This document shows, piece by piece, positions 21,654 to 34,591 of a stretch of 64,000 nt of DNA (the first letter of the stretch is position 1; each line of letters begins with the position of its first letter). The notes beneath the pieces were generated by a model that saw only the letters and a program-made list of their open reading frames with translations, did no database searches and was not told the DNA's origin. The stretch is from an uncultured cyanobacterium (GTDB lineage: Bacteria; Cyanobacteriota; Cyanobacteriia; Cyanobacteriales; Cyanobacteriaceae). Both the position numbers and the translations under genes were made by a program. The stretch is taken from NCBI GenBank assembly GCA_963710605.1, contig CAVQBA010000004.1, forward strand, positions 384,001-448,000, read 5' to 3'.

Positions 21654-22104
21654 TAAACACCGTTTAAAACTACTCACGGAACGATACTCGAATTAATTTT
21701 TATTTAATTAAACTATATTTTAGTAAATAATCTTATCGTTAATTAAAACAATCCCTGTAGTTGTCCAGAAGGTAAGTTGATTATTCTATCGGTGATGTCG
21801 ATGTTGTATTGAGGTGAGGTAGAAAAGTTGACCAGATTTGGTTTACGCTATTATTTAGAGCGATGTCTTGGTTTAGTCGAGTGGTTTTTGACAATACTAT
21901 TATGCCCGATGGAAGCGTAAATAGTTGACTAGAAAATAAGCTATTAAAATTATTAGTAATTCTCACTCAATATAAAGGTGCAAACCTTGCACCCCTACAA
22001 AAAAATCTACAAGTTAACTTGGATAGGTACTTAATCCGATCGGGAATAAACCTTGATAATATACTAAAAGTTAGAAATACAACTGATAACTTAAATCACA
22101 AACT

Positions 22105-22719
22105 ATGATCGATTTATATACTTGGACAACGCCCAATGGTTACAAAATACCTATCTTACTAGAAGAATTAGGATGGTCGTATAATCTTATTCCTGTCAAT
22201 ATCGGTAAAGACGAGCAATTTGAGCCAGACTTTTTAAAGATTAGCCCTAATAACAAAATACCTGCGATCGTGGATAATGACACCGCTGATGGCGAACCTC
22301 TTTCTATTTTTGAATCGGGTGCAATTTTAATGTATATAGCCGACAAAGCAGGACGCTTTTTCCCTTCTGACGTAGCAGGGCGTTATAACGTTTTGCAGTG
22401 GTTATTCTTTCAAGTAGGTAGCGTAGGAGCAATGCTCGGACAAGCAAACCACTTTATTGTTCATGCACCCGAACCGATTCCTTATGCACTCGATCGTTAT
22501 ACCAAAGAGGGTTTAAGATTATATGGCGTAATGGAAAGACAATTAGCCAATAATGATTTTATCGCAGGAGATTATTCGATCGCAGACATAGCCCTTTTCC
22601 CTTGGATAGCAAACTATTCTAAGAATGTAGATATGAATAAATTCCCTCATGTACAAAAATGGCACGACAAAATTGCGAGTCGAGAAGCCGTTCAAAAAGG
22701 AATGAGTATTTTAAACTAA
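22105..22719 (+). CDS. Glutathione S-transferase (YfcG/Ure2p-like)
   Basis: TPNG, ISPNNKIPAIVD, FESGAIL and YSIADIA. Confidence 0.92.
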   Translation: MIDLYTWTTPNGYKIPILLEELGWSYNLIPVNIGKDEQFEPDFLKISPNNKIPAIVDNDTADGEPLSIFESGAILMYIADKAGRFFPSDVAGRYNVLQWLFFQVGSVGAMLGQANHFIVHAPEPIPYALDRYTKEGLRLYGVMERQLANNDFIAGDYSIADIALFPWIANYSKNVDMNKFPHVQKWHDKIASREAVQKGMSILN

Positions 22720-22866
22720 AAATTAGTAGATATTAATAGACTATAACAGTCGATCGTCAATCTCAAAACTTTAACCATGAATTAGAATAAGTAACCCAAA
22801 CATAACTAAAAGTTGCTTATTCTTAAAAATTCAATTTTTGAGCAAGAAAACGATCGATTTTGATAA

Positions 22867-23238
22867 TTACATTCCTTTGGGATTTTTACCATATTTATTC
22901 TCTCCTGGCTCACTATCTTGAGCGAAAAAGACAATAAGAACTATTGTACCAATTAAGGGGATTAAACCAATTAGAAGCCACCATCCACTACGTCCGGTAT
23001 CATGAAGTCGTCTAATAGAAACACTTAAAGCAGGTAAGAAAACAACTAAACTATAAATCAAAGACAAAATATTGATTCCACTTGAATTATTCCCTAATAA
23101 CGCATCAACAAATCCTAAAATAAATCCTAAACCTAGAGAAATTAAAAAATTAAAGAGAACAAAATACCAATATTCTGCTCTTCTAGCTCTCCCAGAAAAA
23201 TTAACATATTGTTTAATTACTTTAATATACCAGTGCAT
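22867..23238 (-). CDS. DUF805 membrane protein
   Basis: FSGRARRAEYW, RRLHDTGRSGWW and NKYG. Confidence 0.92.
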   Translation of the reverse strand: MHWYIKVIKQYVNFSGRARRAEYWYFVLFNFLISLGLGFILGFVDALLGNNSSGINILSLIYSLVVFLPALSVSIRRLHDTGRSGWWLLIGLIPLIGTIVLIVFFAQDSEPGENKYGKNPKGM

Positions 23239-23453
23239 TTTTGTTTAGATTTTTATTTCATAAATAACTAATCGTTATTCTAATCTGTTTCTTTTAGCTA
23301 ATTAAATTATTTTTACAATAATTAAATATTTTTTCAATTTAACGCTTCTTTTATGATAGGAAATATAGCTCAGACGTTAAGTTTCTTAACATTAAATAAT
23401 TAGACTAGTTTTAAAGTTTTTCTCAAGCTCAACTTATCTACGACTTATTAAAC

Positions 23454-23900
23454 TTATGGTAACCAATTATCATCTAAAATTTTGTCTAGAGAGTAAGGGC
23501 AATTGAGAGGAAAAACACTAGCAGAAAAGTTCGTTTTTTTAGTAACTAATTTAACTGCTACTTGATAAATATTTTCTAAGTCGTTATTTAGTTTGTTGTA
23601 TAAAGTTGTAGTTAAACTATTATTCAAATCATCTCGAAAAGTAATTATTTCTATTTGCCAGTGACGATGATTATCATCATATTCTTCTTGCCAATATTCT
23701 AAAAGTAGCAAGTGAATAATAATTTGACGTAATAAACTTCTAACTTTATTAAAATCTCTTTTACCCAAAGTTTTTAATTCCTCAATCAAATTATCAATAT
23801 CTAATTTATCTAAATCATTTGCTATGAGAATATCGATCGTTTTTTGCAACCAAAGATAATCGTCAACTTGATATATTTCTGGTAAATTGTTAATAATCAT
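23454..23900 (-). CDS. DUF29 family protein
   Basis: YQVDDYLWL, LDIDNLIEEL, HLLLLEYW and FPLNCPYSL. Confidence 0.88.
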   Translation of the reverse strand: MIINNLPEIYQVDDYLWLQKTIDILIANDLDKLDIDNLIEELKTLGKRDFNKVRSLLRQIIIHLLLLEYWQEEYDDNHRHWQIEIITFRDDLNNSLTTTLYNKLNNDLENIYQVAVKLVTKKTNFSASVFPLNCPYSLDKILDDNWLP

Positions 23901-24268
23901 TTTCTCTTTTTTTACTCGATCGATCGTACTTTTAATATTAACTCAAAAATTCTTCTCTATAGTAAAGATAAATGATTTATCATCAATCAAAAATTTTTTG
24001 CTTTAATTCTAGCTTTTTCCATACTTGTGAGGTGCAAGTCGTCATCAATAAGCCCCCCTTGTGAAGGGGAATTTAGGGGGATTGGTTTGAACTTTATGTC
24101 ACCAATAATTACTATAAAAATTTTAAAATAAGTCAATCATAAATATTTAATCATGTTAATCATATAATCCTCCCAATCCTGATACTGACGATGATTTAAG
24201 TTATACATATCGATCGTCAACTACTGTAAAATATTTTGCATAGTAATAAACCTTAAAACGATCGCTCT

Positions 24269-25076
24269 ATGTCTTCTTCTTTCTTCTCTCAAACATCAAA
24301 CTATCTTGGTTACTCGTGCCGCTTCATCAGGCAATACTTTTCGGCAGATGTTAGAAGAAAAAGGTGCAACCGTACTCGAATTACCCGCTTTAGTGATTAA
24401 GCCCCCTTCTACATGGCAACAGTTAGATAAAGCGATCGAAAATATCGATAATTACAATTGGTTGATTCTCACCTCGGCTAATGGTGTAGAGTCTTTTATC
24501 AAGCGTTTGTCTTGTGCTAATAAAAACAATACTCATTTACAGAATCTCAAGATAGCTGTGGTTGGTAAAAAAACAGCTCATTTTCTGAAAAAATACGATT
24601 TAACTGCCGATTTTATTCCTCCTGATTTTATTGCTGATTCTTTAGTCGTTAATTTTCCTGAAACGTTATCGGGGCAAAAAATTCTCTTTCCTCGTGTAGA
24701 GACTGGCGGCAGAGAATTATTAGTAAAAGAATTAACCTCGCAAGGTGCAATAGTAGATGAAGTGAGTGCTTATCAATCTGCTTGTCCTAATGAGATCGAT
24801 CGAGATGTTTGGTATGCTTTAATAAAAGGTCAGATTACTGTAATTACCTTTGCTAGTTCAAAAACAGTCAAAAACTTTTGTACCTTAGTTCAAGATGCTT
24901 TAAAAGATTATTCTAATCTTGATTTTGATTCTCTATTACAAAATATCAAAATTGCTTCAATTGGACCGCAAACTTCCGTTAGTTGTCAAGAATTATTACA
25001 AAGAGTTGACATAGAAGCCGAACAATACACCTTAGAAGGATTAACAAAAGCGATCGCACAAACAATGAACAATTAA
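24269..25076 (+). CDS. hemD: Uroporphyrinogen-III synthase; ATG at 24269 is out of frame by 1 nt in a TCT run
   Basis: LKHQTILVTRA, ILTSANGV, VGKKTA, FASSKTV and SIGPQT. Confidence 0.88.
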
Positions 25077-25270
25077 TAATTAATAATTAATAATGAAATA
25101 CACCTAGCGATAAGATTGGTTTACCGTTAATTTAACTTTTAACTTTTAACTCTTAACTTTCAACTTTTAACTTTTAGGTGAGGTTATCACTATTATCAAT
25201 CTAAAGGGTGATGACGTTAAATTATAGTATGGGAGAATATTCTTATAGTTATTATATCAAGTAAAAAATT

Positions 25271-25642
25271 ATGACTGAAAACAACGTATTAAGTTTTTTG
25301 CAACAAAGTTTGCGTACAGTAGTTGGGGCAACAGCAGATGCAGTAGAAACATTGCAAGATACCCAAAAAAGAAACGAAGCGATCGCAAAAGTAAATGCTG
25401 AATGGCAAAAAAAATCAGAAGAATGGGTGGTAAAAGGCACATTAACTGAGGCAGAAGCACGTCAAATCATTGAAGATTTTTGGCAAAATCGACAGACAGC
25501 GACGACTACTATGACTACTACCTCACCTCAAGAAATACAAATTGACGCTCCTGTAAATGACCCTTACACTGATATACAGGATTTAACCACAGAGATAATT
25601 GCTTTGAGAGCGGAATTAGAAAAGTTAAACTCTCCTAACTAA
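25271..25642 (+). CDS. Conserved cyanobacterial helical hypothetical protein
   Basis: VGATA..VETLQD..KG.LTEAEAR and a C-terminal coiled coil. Confidence 0.65.
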   Translation: MTENNVLSFLQQSLRTVVGATADAVETLQDTQKRNEAIAKVNAEWQKKSEEWVVKGTLTEAEARQIIEDFWQNRQTATTTMTTTSPQEIQIDAPVNDPYTDIQDLTTEIIALRAELEKLNSPN

Positions 25643-25755
25643 TTTTATTTAATGAGTAATAGCAATATGTCGATTGCATAATTGCTCAAAACGAAGGTAA
25701 TTTCTTTTTTGTTAATAATCTAAGATAATTGAGATTTATCTTCGTTAGTTTAACT

Positions 25756-25998
25756 TTAATCGTTATCCCATCTTTGGGTGGCTAATATATCTCTAATTTT
25801 GTCACGGAGTAAATAACCCTTTTCTTCTAACTCCATCTCTACAGCAAACCATTCACGAGCAGGAATATAGTTAGCTAAAACATAAATTGGTTGAGATAAA
25901 TTAACGCTTCCCTTGTCCAGTAATGCTTTTACTTCATCGACAATCGAATCGAAGTTATAATTAAGTGCAGTGGTTGAAATTAAGGTGTTAGTAGTCAT
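25756..25998 (-). CDS. DUF4327 family protein
   Basis: QPIYVLANYIPAREW..VE.ELE..YLLRD.I.D. Confidence 0.8.
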   Translation of the reverse strand: MTTNTLISTTALNYNFDSIVDEVKALLDKGSVNLSQPIYVLANYIPAREWFAVEMELEEKGYLLRDKIRDILATQRWDND

Positions 25999-26249
25999 AA
26001 TATTTAATAAATAATTGCGAATTACGAAAAATGTTTATTATTGGTATAGTAACATAAACTATCTTTCAGTTAAATTTTATACTTTTTCACCTAAAAACCG
26101 CAAGAGTTTGTCAGATTTTATTGATAATAATTTTTAATAAGATTGATAAGGCAATCGAGAATTAGCTAAATTTTTTACTCCTCAACCAACAAAGTAAAGT
26201 TAAAATCGAGAGATAAGTTTACATTAATTTATCAAAAATAATCTTGACC

Positions 26250-27549
26250 ATGAAAATCTCTACGAGTGAATATCAACAACGTCGCCAAAAATTTGTACGA
26301 GCAATTGGTAAAGGTGTCGGAGTTTTTCGTAGTGCACCCCATGCTGTTATGCACAATGATGTTGAATATAATTATCGTCAAGATAGTGATTTTTATTATT
26401 TGACAGGTTTTAATGAAGCCGAGGCGGTAGCGGTTTTTGCTCCTAATCATACTGAGCATCAATTTATTCTTTTTGTGCAACCTAAAAATTTAGCTCAAGA
26501 AACTTGGACGGGTTATCGTTGTGGTGTGGAAAAAGCTAAAGAGGCTTATGGTGCAGATATTGTTTATTCGATCGATGAATTAGACCAAAAGTTACCTGAA
26601 TATTTGGTGACAGGCGATCGTATTTATTATCATTTAGGTAGAGATTTAAAATTTAACGAGAAAATAATCTATCACTGGCAAAGACTGATGGCTACTTATT
26701 CTAAACGAGGCACTTGCCCTGTCGGTTTAGAAGATAGTAATTTTATTTTGCATCCATTAAGAAAAATTAAAAGTGAAGCTGAAATTACCATGCTCAAAAA
26801 AGCGGCAGAAATATCAGTTATCGCCCATCAAAAAGCCAAAGAAACGATCGCCCCTGGGCGTTATGAATACGAAGTTCAAGCACAGATAGAGCATACTTTC
26901 CGCAGTCATGGTGGTGATGGTATTGCTTATCCTTCGATCGTCGCTTCTGGTGGTAATGCTTGTATTTTACATTATGTTGAAAACGATCGGCGTATGGAAG
27001 CAGGAGATTTGCTGTTAATTGATGCGGGTTGCTCTTATGGTTATTATAACGGCGACATTACTCGTACATGGTCGGTAGATGGTAAATTTACCCCTCAGCA
27101 AAAAGACATCTATCAGTTAGTGTTATCCGCTCAACTACAAGCGATCGAATTAGTACAACCTGGTAATACTTATAATCAATTCCATGATAAGGCAGTAGAG
27201 GTAATTGTAGAAGGTTTAAAAGAATTAAAATTACTGACAGGAGACACTAGAAGAAATCATCAAAAAGAAAGAATATCAACCCTTTTATATGCACGGCACA
27301 GGGCATTGGTTAGGTTTAGACGTACACGATGCGGGAGGATATAAAGAAGATGCCGACAACTGGGTTAAATTTGAAGCAGGAAATGTGGTTACAGTCGAGC
27401 CAGGTATTTATATTTCGCCTTTTATCACTCCAGCCGAAAAGCAACCTGAGATTCCTCAACATTGGCACGAAATTGGTGTCAGAATTGAGGATGATGTTTT
27501 AGTTACCGAATCAGGACATGAAATTTTAACCGCAGGGATAGACAAGTAA
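26250..27549 (+). CDS. pepP: Xaa-Pro aminopeptidase, frameshifted near 27245
   Basis: RQDSDFYYLTGF and LIDAG..GDITRT in ORF1; HGTGHWLGLDVHD, TVEPG and GVRIEDD in ORF2. Confidence 0.9.
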
Positions 27550-27686
27550 TAAGTAGGGGTGCAAGGCTTGCACCCTTTGACTAAATCCGCCTTGCAATAA
27601 ATTGACAAGGCTAACAGAGTACGTTTAATAAATTAAACTCTTTTATAGACTTATCTGATTCAATATTTTTAAGTTTGCTTGTAGCT

Positions 27687-27760
27687 AGTCGGTTGGGTTA
27701 AGCTTCAAAAGTATTACTATCTCAATAATACAATTATGTAATACGAAACCCAACACCATT
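27687..27760. repeat. REP-like ~75-bp element, left direct copy
   Basis: GGTTGGGTTAAGCTTCAAAAGTATTACTATCTCAA...ATGTAATACGAAACCCAACACCATT, near-identical to 28473-28548. Confidence 0.85.
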
Positions 27761-27870
27761 GTTTGATTATGTGATCAGAATGTTTTTACTAGTTAGAAGT
27801 TAGAATTGATACGGCTTGACCATAGTTGAGTTACTCTATGATTGAGTTGGTAAAGTATTTGGTTATTTGA

Positions 27871-28439
27871 ATGATAAATCCGACTCGACGAAGAACTAAT
27901 TAGAAGATATAATGCTGGGAAAGAATTTTTCTGGAGTTATGCTCAGGTGGAGAAACGGGGTCAATTTGGAAGGACTTGATTTGAAAGGAATTAATTTGAG
28001 TGGAGCGAACTTGGTTGGAGCTAATTTGAAAAGTACTAATCTCACTAGAGCTAATTTGAGTGGAGCTAATTTGGAAATGGCTACTATTGATAACACTACC
28101 CTTATTGAAACTAATCTTGAGGGGGCCTTTATTGAGGATATTTCCAACTCCAATCTCGAAAGAGCTAATTTGGCTCGTATTCACATGGTCGAAGGAATGA
28201 TTGTCGGATGTAATATGGAAGGGGTTAATTTGAAAGAAGCTATTATGGATGACATCGGTATAGAAATTGTCAATTTGCGAGATGCCAATCTTGAAGGAAT
28301 AGAAGGAAGTATTGCAATGAACGAAGTCGATCTTACTGGAGCGACTGGATTTGAACCAAGTATTTTAGGTAATGGATATTGGAATTTGACTCTTCCTAAT
28401 GGTAGATTTATCACTGATTGGGAAATTGAGAGTATTTAA
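27871..28439 (+). CDS. Pentapeptide-repeat protein, N-terminus frameshifted
   Basis: A(N/D)LxG repeats; the upstream frame encodes DEELIRRYNAG, which joins NFSGV of ORF 27912. Confidence 0.8.
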
Positions 28440-28472
28440 TTCACTAACTTAAAAAAAGTACGATCGATATCG

Positions 28473-28548
28473 AGTAGGTTGGGTTGAGCTTCAAAAATAT
28501 TACTATCTCAACGATACGATTTTATGTAATACGAAACCCAACACCATT
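28473..28548. repeat. REP-like ~75-bp element, right direct copy
   Basis: GTAGGTTGGGTTGAGCTTCAAAAATATTACTATCTCAA...ATGTAATACGAAACCCAACACCATT. Confidence 0.85.
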
Positions 28549-28562
28549 ATCAAAAACAATTA

Positions 28563-29472
28563 TTAATTCTTAGTTATTAATGATGCTTTCAAATCCTTAA
28601 TCAATCCATTAAGATGATCTACATCAGCATGATAAACTTCATTACAAAATTGACAAGTAGCCTCAGCACCACCATCTTTAAGAATCATATCTTCTAACTC
28701 CGATACTCCCAATAACTTCAACGCCCCCAACATACGATCGAAATTGCAACCACAATTAAATCTAATCATCTGTACTTCAGGAAAGATATTTAAATCAAAA
28801 TCACCTAATAATTGTGTGAAAATATCTTCTAAACTCTTACCTTGGACTAACAAAGGCGTAAAACCAGCTAAGCTACTCACACGAGATTCTAAAGTAGCGA
28901 CTAAAGAATCATCCTCTGCCGCTTTCGGTAATACTTGTAATAATATCCCTCCAGAAGCGACAACACCTTCTTGCCCCACAAAAACTCCTACAAGCAAAGC
29001 CGATGCAGTTTGCTCAGAGGTGGCTAGATAATGAGCGACATCTTCCCCTACTTCTCCAGAAACTAGTTCTACAGTACTTGAATAAGGATAGCCATAACCA
29101 ACATCACGGATTACATACAAAAAACCATCATTTCCTACCGCACCACCTACATCTAATTTTCCATTTTCATTCGGAGGTAACTCAACAGCGGGATTGCTAA
29201 CATATCCTCTAACTGTACCATCCAAACCAGCATCAACTAAAACACCACCTAAAGGGCCATTTCCTTTAATTTTAAGATTAACTCTCGATTCTGGCTTTTT
29301 CATACTCGAAACAAGTAACAACCCAGACCGACATTGCTCTACCTAGTGCGGCGGTTGCTACGTAAGAAAGTTTGTGTCTATCTCTTGCTTCTTGTACTGC
29401 TCTAGTGGTAATTACACCGACTGCTCTGATACCACCATTTGCCGCTGTTGCTCTGATTAATTGGTCTGCCAT
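28563..29472 (-). CDS. hslO: Hsp33 redox-regulated chaperone, frameshifted near 29325
   Basis: [17 protein letters not shown] in ORF1; GNGPLG, YLATSEQ, CGC and CQFC zinc motifs in ORF2. Confidence 0.92.
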
Positions 29473-29720
29473 ATTTTAGATTACATATCTCAATATTTCT
29501 TTATTTTACCAACAGATAATCGATAATTGACGATGGATAATTGGGTGCGAACGCTCATTTTTTCTTTATTTCAAGCGACCGGGAATCGAATAATAATCTT
29601 CAACATGAGTCTATATCCCCCCTTTAAAAGGGGGGACTAAGGGGGGTTCTGGCATTCAAAAGTATCGGAGTAATTAAGGGTGCAAACCTTGCACCCTGAC
29701 AATTTTTTAAACAGATACCT

Positions 29721-30464
29721 TTAATTAGTAATAACTAACTTTCGTTCTAAATCAAACAAAAATCCGTGAATATATTCTTCTGCCCAATCTGTACCATAAA
29801 GTTTGGTTAGCATTCCTCTGGCAGGATCTTTTTCGGCTCGGTAGTTGATATAGTTTTTGTGAGCGATCGTTATTTGCTCTAATTGCGATTTATCCTCGAT
29901 CGATTCAGCTTTTTTAACAAAATCAACATAAGCATGAAGATAGTCTTTAAAAGCATTAAAAACAGTATTTTCCACCACTTCATCTTTGTCTGGACGAGTC
30001 CACAAAAAAGCAGGTGAAAAATATTGCTGGGCTTCTGCGGGAAAGTCTCCTCCCCAAGGTAATTCTTTTTGATATTCAGCAAACATCGGTAAGATTGGTT
30101 TACTGTATTTATCTTTATATTCTTCAGTATGGAATAATGGTTGCATATCGATCGCAATCAAATGTCCGCCTGGTAAGGTAACTAAATCTGCACCAAAAAA
30201 AGGTAAGTCGTAATCTAAGTTAGGAAAAATTACAAAATTTAAAACTTGTAAAGAATCACCACCTTCTACATGAGCGGCTCTTATTTGCCTTAGTTTAGGC
30301 GAACAATATCCATAACTAGTTGTTACAACTTCTTGCTCTTTTTTACCTTTACCTGTGATGGTTTTTTTCTGCTCGTATCCTGCGGGTATAGGATAATCTT
30401 TTAAGTCTAAATTCTGTTGTAAATATTGAATTGCGTAATCTAAAAATTTTTTATATAAAGACAC
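29721..30464 (-). CDS. pebB: Phycoerythrobilin:ferredoxin oxidoreductase
   Basis: [33 protein letters not shown] and [12 protein letters not shown]; likely GTG start at 30464. Confidence 0.92.
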   Translation of the reverse strand: MSLYKKFLDYAIQYLQQNLDLKDYPIPAGYEQKKTITGKGKKEQEVVTTSYGYCSPKLRQIRAAHVEGGDSLQVLNFVIFPNLDYDLPFFGADLVTLPGGHLIAIDMQPLFHTEEYKDKYSKPILPMFAEYQKELPWGGDFPAEAQQYFSPAFLWTRPDKDEVVENTVFNAFKDYLHAYVDFVKKAESIEDKSQLEQITIAHKNYINYRAEKDPARGMLTKLYGTDWAEEYIHGFLFDLERKLVITN

Positions 30465-30471
30465 TGTTAAT

Positions 30472-30509
30472 AATGGAGAATGGAGAATGGAGAATGGAGA
30501 ATGGAGAAT
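30472..30509. repeat. Heptamer tandem repeat AATGGAG
   Basis: About 5 units immediately upstream of pebB. Confidence 0.9.
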
Positions 30510-30748
30510 TAAAATCCCTAATTTTTGACGATCGGAATTAATCGAGTCGGTTTTAATGTAGCGTTTATCATTGCTTTTGAAGTATATATACTTAATATTT
30601 GCAAGTCCTACCACAAAATAAAAGCGAAGCATCCGCACTTCCTCCCCCTTTCAAAGGGGGATAGAGGGGATAGGATTAGGGGGATCGATATTTACTTCAC
30701 TACACTGATAATTGCTATATTTTAAGAAAAAATAATAATTAACTAATT

Positions 30749-31473
<725 letters not shown>

Positions 31474-31567
31474 ATATGGTGGGGTTAAATATTAATTTTT
31501 GATTTTATAATTGCGTTTCTATAATCTATATCTTTTTTGCTCACAACTCCTTGAATAATTAAAGAAA

Positions 31568-31626
31568 TTAACAATAGTTAACAATACCTGTTTGATTGAT
31601 CTTCAACTGTTACAAATATTAACGAT
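31568..31626. promoter_or_regulatory. HLR1-like direct repeats (possible RpaB sites) between divergent pebA and cpeC
   Basis: TTAACAAT-AG-TTAACAAT (31568) and GTTACAAA-TA-TTAACGAT (31609). Confidence 0.35.
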
Positions 31627-31962
31627 AATCAAGCACAAATTCTTGTTAAATATTAACCAATATAGAGATAAAAATGATTGGTGATCATTTAATAACTAAA
31701 ACGATCGACGGGTAAAAGAATTATAATTCGCTAAATAGTCGTCAATCCTTTAGTCTAAGAGTGAGACAATATGAAGTGTTTAAGTAATAAACAAGTAAAA
31801 TTATTAGTTAAACAACTTAATTGACCGATTAATAATTAATCTCCAATATAAAGGTTTTATTAAATCAAAACTGTTTTGCTAACTGATTAGTAAAATACTG
31901 AAAAATTGTTAATTTTTTTTAAAACTAACCATAATCAATATCATTAGTAGTGGAGGAATTTA

Positions 31963-32836
31963 ATGGTTTTTGGGCCAGCATGTACTCTTGGGGTGAGTTT
32001 GTTTAAGAAACACCACCTATAGAAAGAACTCCGAATAGTAGTTCAGAAGAATTAGAAATCATTATTAGAGCTGTTTACCGTCAAATACTAGGTAACGCTT
32101 ATGTAATGGAAAGTGAACGGGCAACTGTACCCGAATCACAATTTAAATTAGGCGCGTTGAGTGTCAGAGAATTTGTTCGTGCTGTAGCAAAAAGTGACGT
32201 TTATACATCTCGTTTTTTCGAGACTTGTCCTCGCTATCGCTTTATTGAGCTTAACTTCAAACATTTTTTAGGTCGTACACCTGAGAATTTAGAAGAAACA
32301 AGAACTCATAGTACTATTTTAGATACTGAAGGATATGAAGCGGATATCGATTCTTATCTAGATAGTGATGAGTATCAAGATAACTACGGGGAAAATATAG
32401 TTCCTTACCACCGTGGTTACAAAACCTCAAATAATCGGACAATGGTGGAATTTACCCATATGTTTGCGATGCTTCGTGGTGCATCTAGTAGCGACTTTAA
32501 AGGTAGTCTTTCTGGCAAAAAACCAGTATTGGCAGAAGCAGTAATTCAACAATCTCCGATCGCTGTGAGACCTCCTTCTGGTGGTTCATCAGGTGGTGGT
32601 TGGGCTTTCCAAGAGCCTCCTTTAGCGGCTGAATCTCGTCAAGGTGCGGGTGCAGGAGAAGATGGAAAAGTTTATCGTGTTGAAGTTACTGGTTATCCTA
32701 CTAGTAAAGCGATTAACCGTATTTCTAGATTCCGTCGTAGTAACAAAGTTTATTTTGTTCCTTATGCTCAACTTTCAGAAACATATCAACGTATCCACAA
32801 ACAAGGTGGATGATAGCTAGTATTACACCTGTGTAA
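31963..32836 (+). CDS. cpeC: Phycoerythrin-associated rod linker CpeC, frameshifts near 32005 and 32810
   Basis: MVFGPACTLGVSLF start, RQILGNAYVMESER, ELNFKHFLGR, KVYRVEVTG and shifted IASITPV*. Confidence 0.88.
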
Positions 32837-32863
32837 TTAGTAATCAATTAATTTTTTAAATTT

Positions 32864-32901
32864 AGGGCAAGGTTGAGTATTCTTCCTTCTGCCCTTATTT
32901 T
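32864..32901 (+). terminator. Stem-loop after cpeC
   Basis: AGGGCAAGG...CCTTCTGCCCT followed by TATTTT. Confidence 0.5.
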
Positions 32902-33015
32902 GATAATAAATCGTTGATTAAAATTAAGAGCCTAACAAATAAAAAGCTTTTAATTAATAATAAATAAAAAAACCAAAATATAATTAGCAAATTTAATCAT
33001 TCATAGGAGTAAGCA

Positions 33016-33778
33016 ATGAGCTTAGTTTTAGTAAATACAGCTGTAGAATTACGTCCACAATCTAAAGATAACTTAGATGAAGTGATTCGTGCGGTTTACC
33101 GTCAGGTACTAGGAAATCCTCATATTATGGAAAGTGAGCGTCTAACTAGTTCAGAATCTCGTTTACGTAATGGTGACATTTCAGTACGTGACTTTATCCG
33201 TGAAGTTGCTAAATCTGATTTTTATCGTACCCGTTACTTTCAATCTATTGCGCACCTTATCGTTTTATTGAACTTAATTTTAAACATTTATTAGGACGTG
33301 CACCCCAATCTCAAGAAGAACTTTCTGAGCACATTAAAATCACGATCGAACAAGGATATGAAGCCGAAATTGATTCTTATCTAGATAGCGATGAATATCA
33401 AGATAATTTTGGTGACAATATTGTACCTTACTACAGAGGTGCTAGTACTCAAATTGGTCAAAAACAATCTGAATACAACCGTATGTTAAATATTTACAAT
33501 GGCTATGCGGCTGTTGATAGTGCGGTTAAATCTTCTCGTTTAGTTGATGCTGTTGCCACTAATGGTGATAACAAAATTAATGTTCCTAGTAAAGGTGGAC
33601 ACTAGGTTCTGGACAAGTAAGTGAAAAGCAATTTAAAATTGTGGTTAAAGGTGCTAAATTTGATGCTCCTCGTCGAGTTAGCAATACTACTTATTTAGTT
33701 TCTGGTGACAAAATGACTCCTCAAATACAACGTATTCATCGTTCAGGTGGTCGTATTGTAAGTATCACAGAAGTCTAA
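33016..33778 (+). CDS. cpeD: Phycoerythrin-associated rod linker CpeD, frameshifts near 33250 and 33600
   Basis: [43 protein letters not shown] and [16 protein letters not shown]. Confidence 0.82.
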
Positions 33779-33989
33779 TAATAGTTAATTTTAATTAGAT
33801 TAAACCAAGTTCATTAAATAAGGCGATAAATAAATAAATCCCCCAACCCCCCTTACCTAAGGGGGGCTTATTAGCTTTTAGCTTTTAGCTTTTTTTAGCT
33901 TTTAGCCTTTAGTTTTTTACTTACTCTTGCCTCTTTTAATTGTTCATTGTTCATTGTTCATTGATTTGCCCTTTTGATTGTCGTTTTTT

Positions 33990-34515
33990 ATGAGTATTAT
34001 TGAGTTTGTCGAGAAATCCTTAGGTCGTTGGCAATAGTTACGTAGCGTTCATCACCTTGCTTTTAGTCATTTAGAAGAAGTTAATTCAGAAATTGAAATA
34101 ATTAGTTTAGACAAAAACGATCCTCAAGTTATTAGTTTATGTCAAGATAACAATATAGACCCAAATTTAGCTCAAACTCCTTTTAAAATGAGTTGGGAAG
34201 GAGAATCAGATTTGGGATGAAAAAGAAGAATTGAAAGGTTCAACTATTTTGGTACCAATTGCTGATCATGATAATCCTCTTCAAGGAAGACTGCTACAAG
34301 GAATCAAGGTTATGCTGAGACAATGCCTGCGGTTGCTAAATATACAATCCAAGAAGATGGTACTTTTGTTTTGATAACTCAATACAATCGAGCTAGTGCT
34401 GAAGAAAAAATTTGGTTTGTCAATCCTCAATTGAGGTTTCGTGTTTCAGACGATCAAAACCAGTAGCGGTAAAGGTGCGACTACGGCTTCCTTTTCTTCA
34501 GAGATAAAAATATAA
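33990..34515 (+). CDS. cpeS: CpeS/CpcS-type bilin lyase, broken by one stop and about three frameshifts; absent from the ORF track
   Basis: Hand translation: MSIIEFVEKSLGRWQ*LRSVHHLAF, MSWEGESD, GSTILVP, QGYAE, AEEKIWFVNP and TASFSSEI. Confidence 0.82.
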
Positions 34516-34591
34516 AAGAATTAATAATTAACAATTAGGAGCATCCTTCATAATATTAAGTAACTAAAATTTAGGTTGAGATTGAGATTAA

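Noticed and set aside
30465-30638. N-terminal extension of PebB in the ORF track
   Set aside because: Reads through a heptamer repeat (ILHSPFS); homology begins at the GTG at 30464
31474-31962. CcaR G-box for chromatic acclimation
   Set aside because: No convincing CTTT-N-C-N-ATTT direct repeat found by eye
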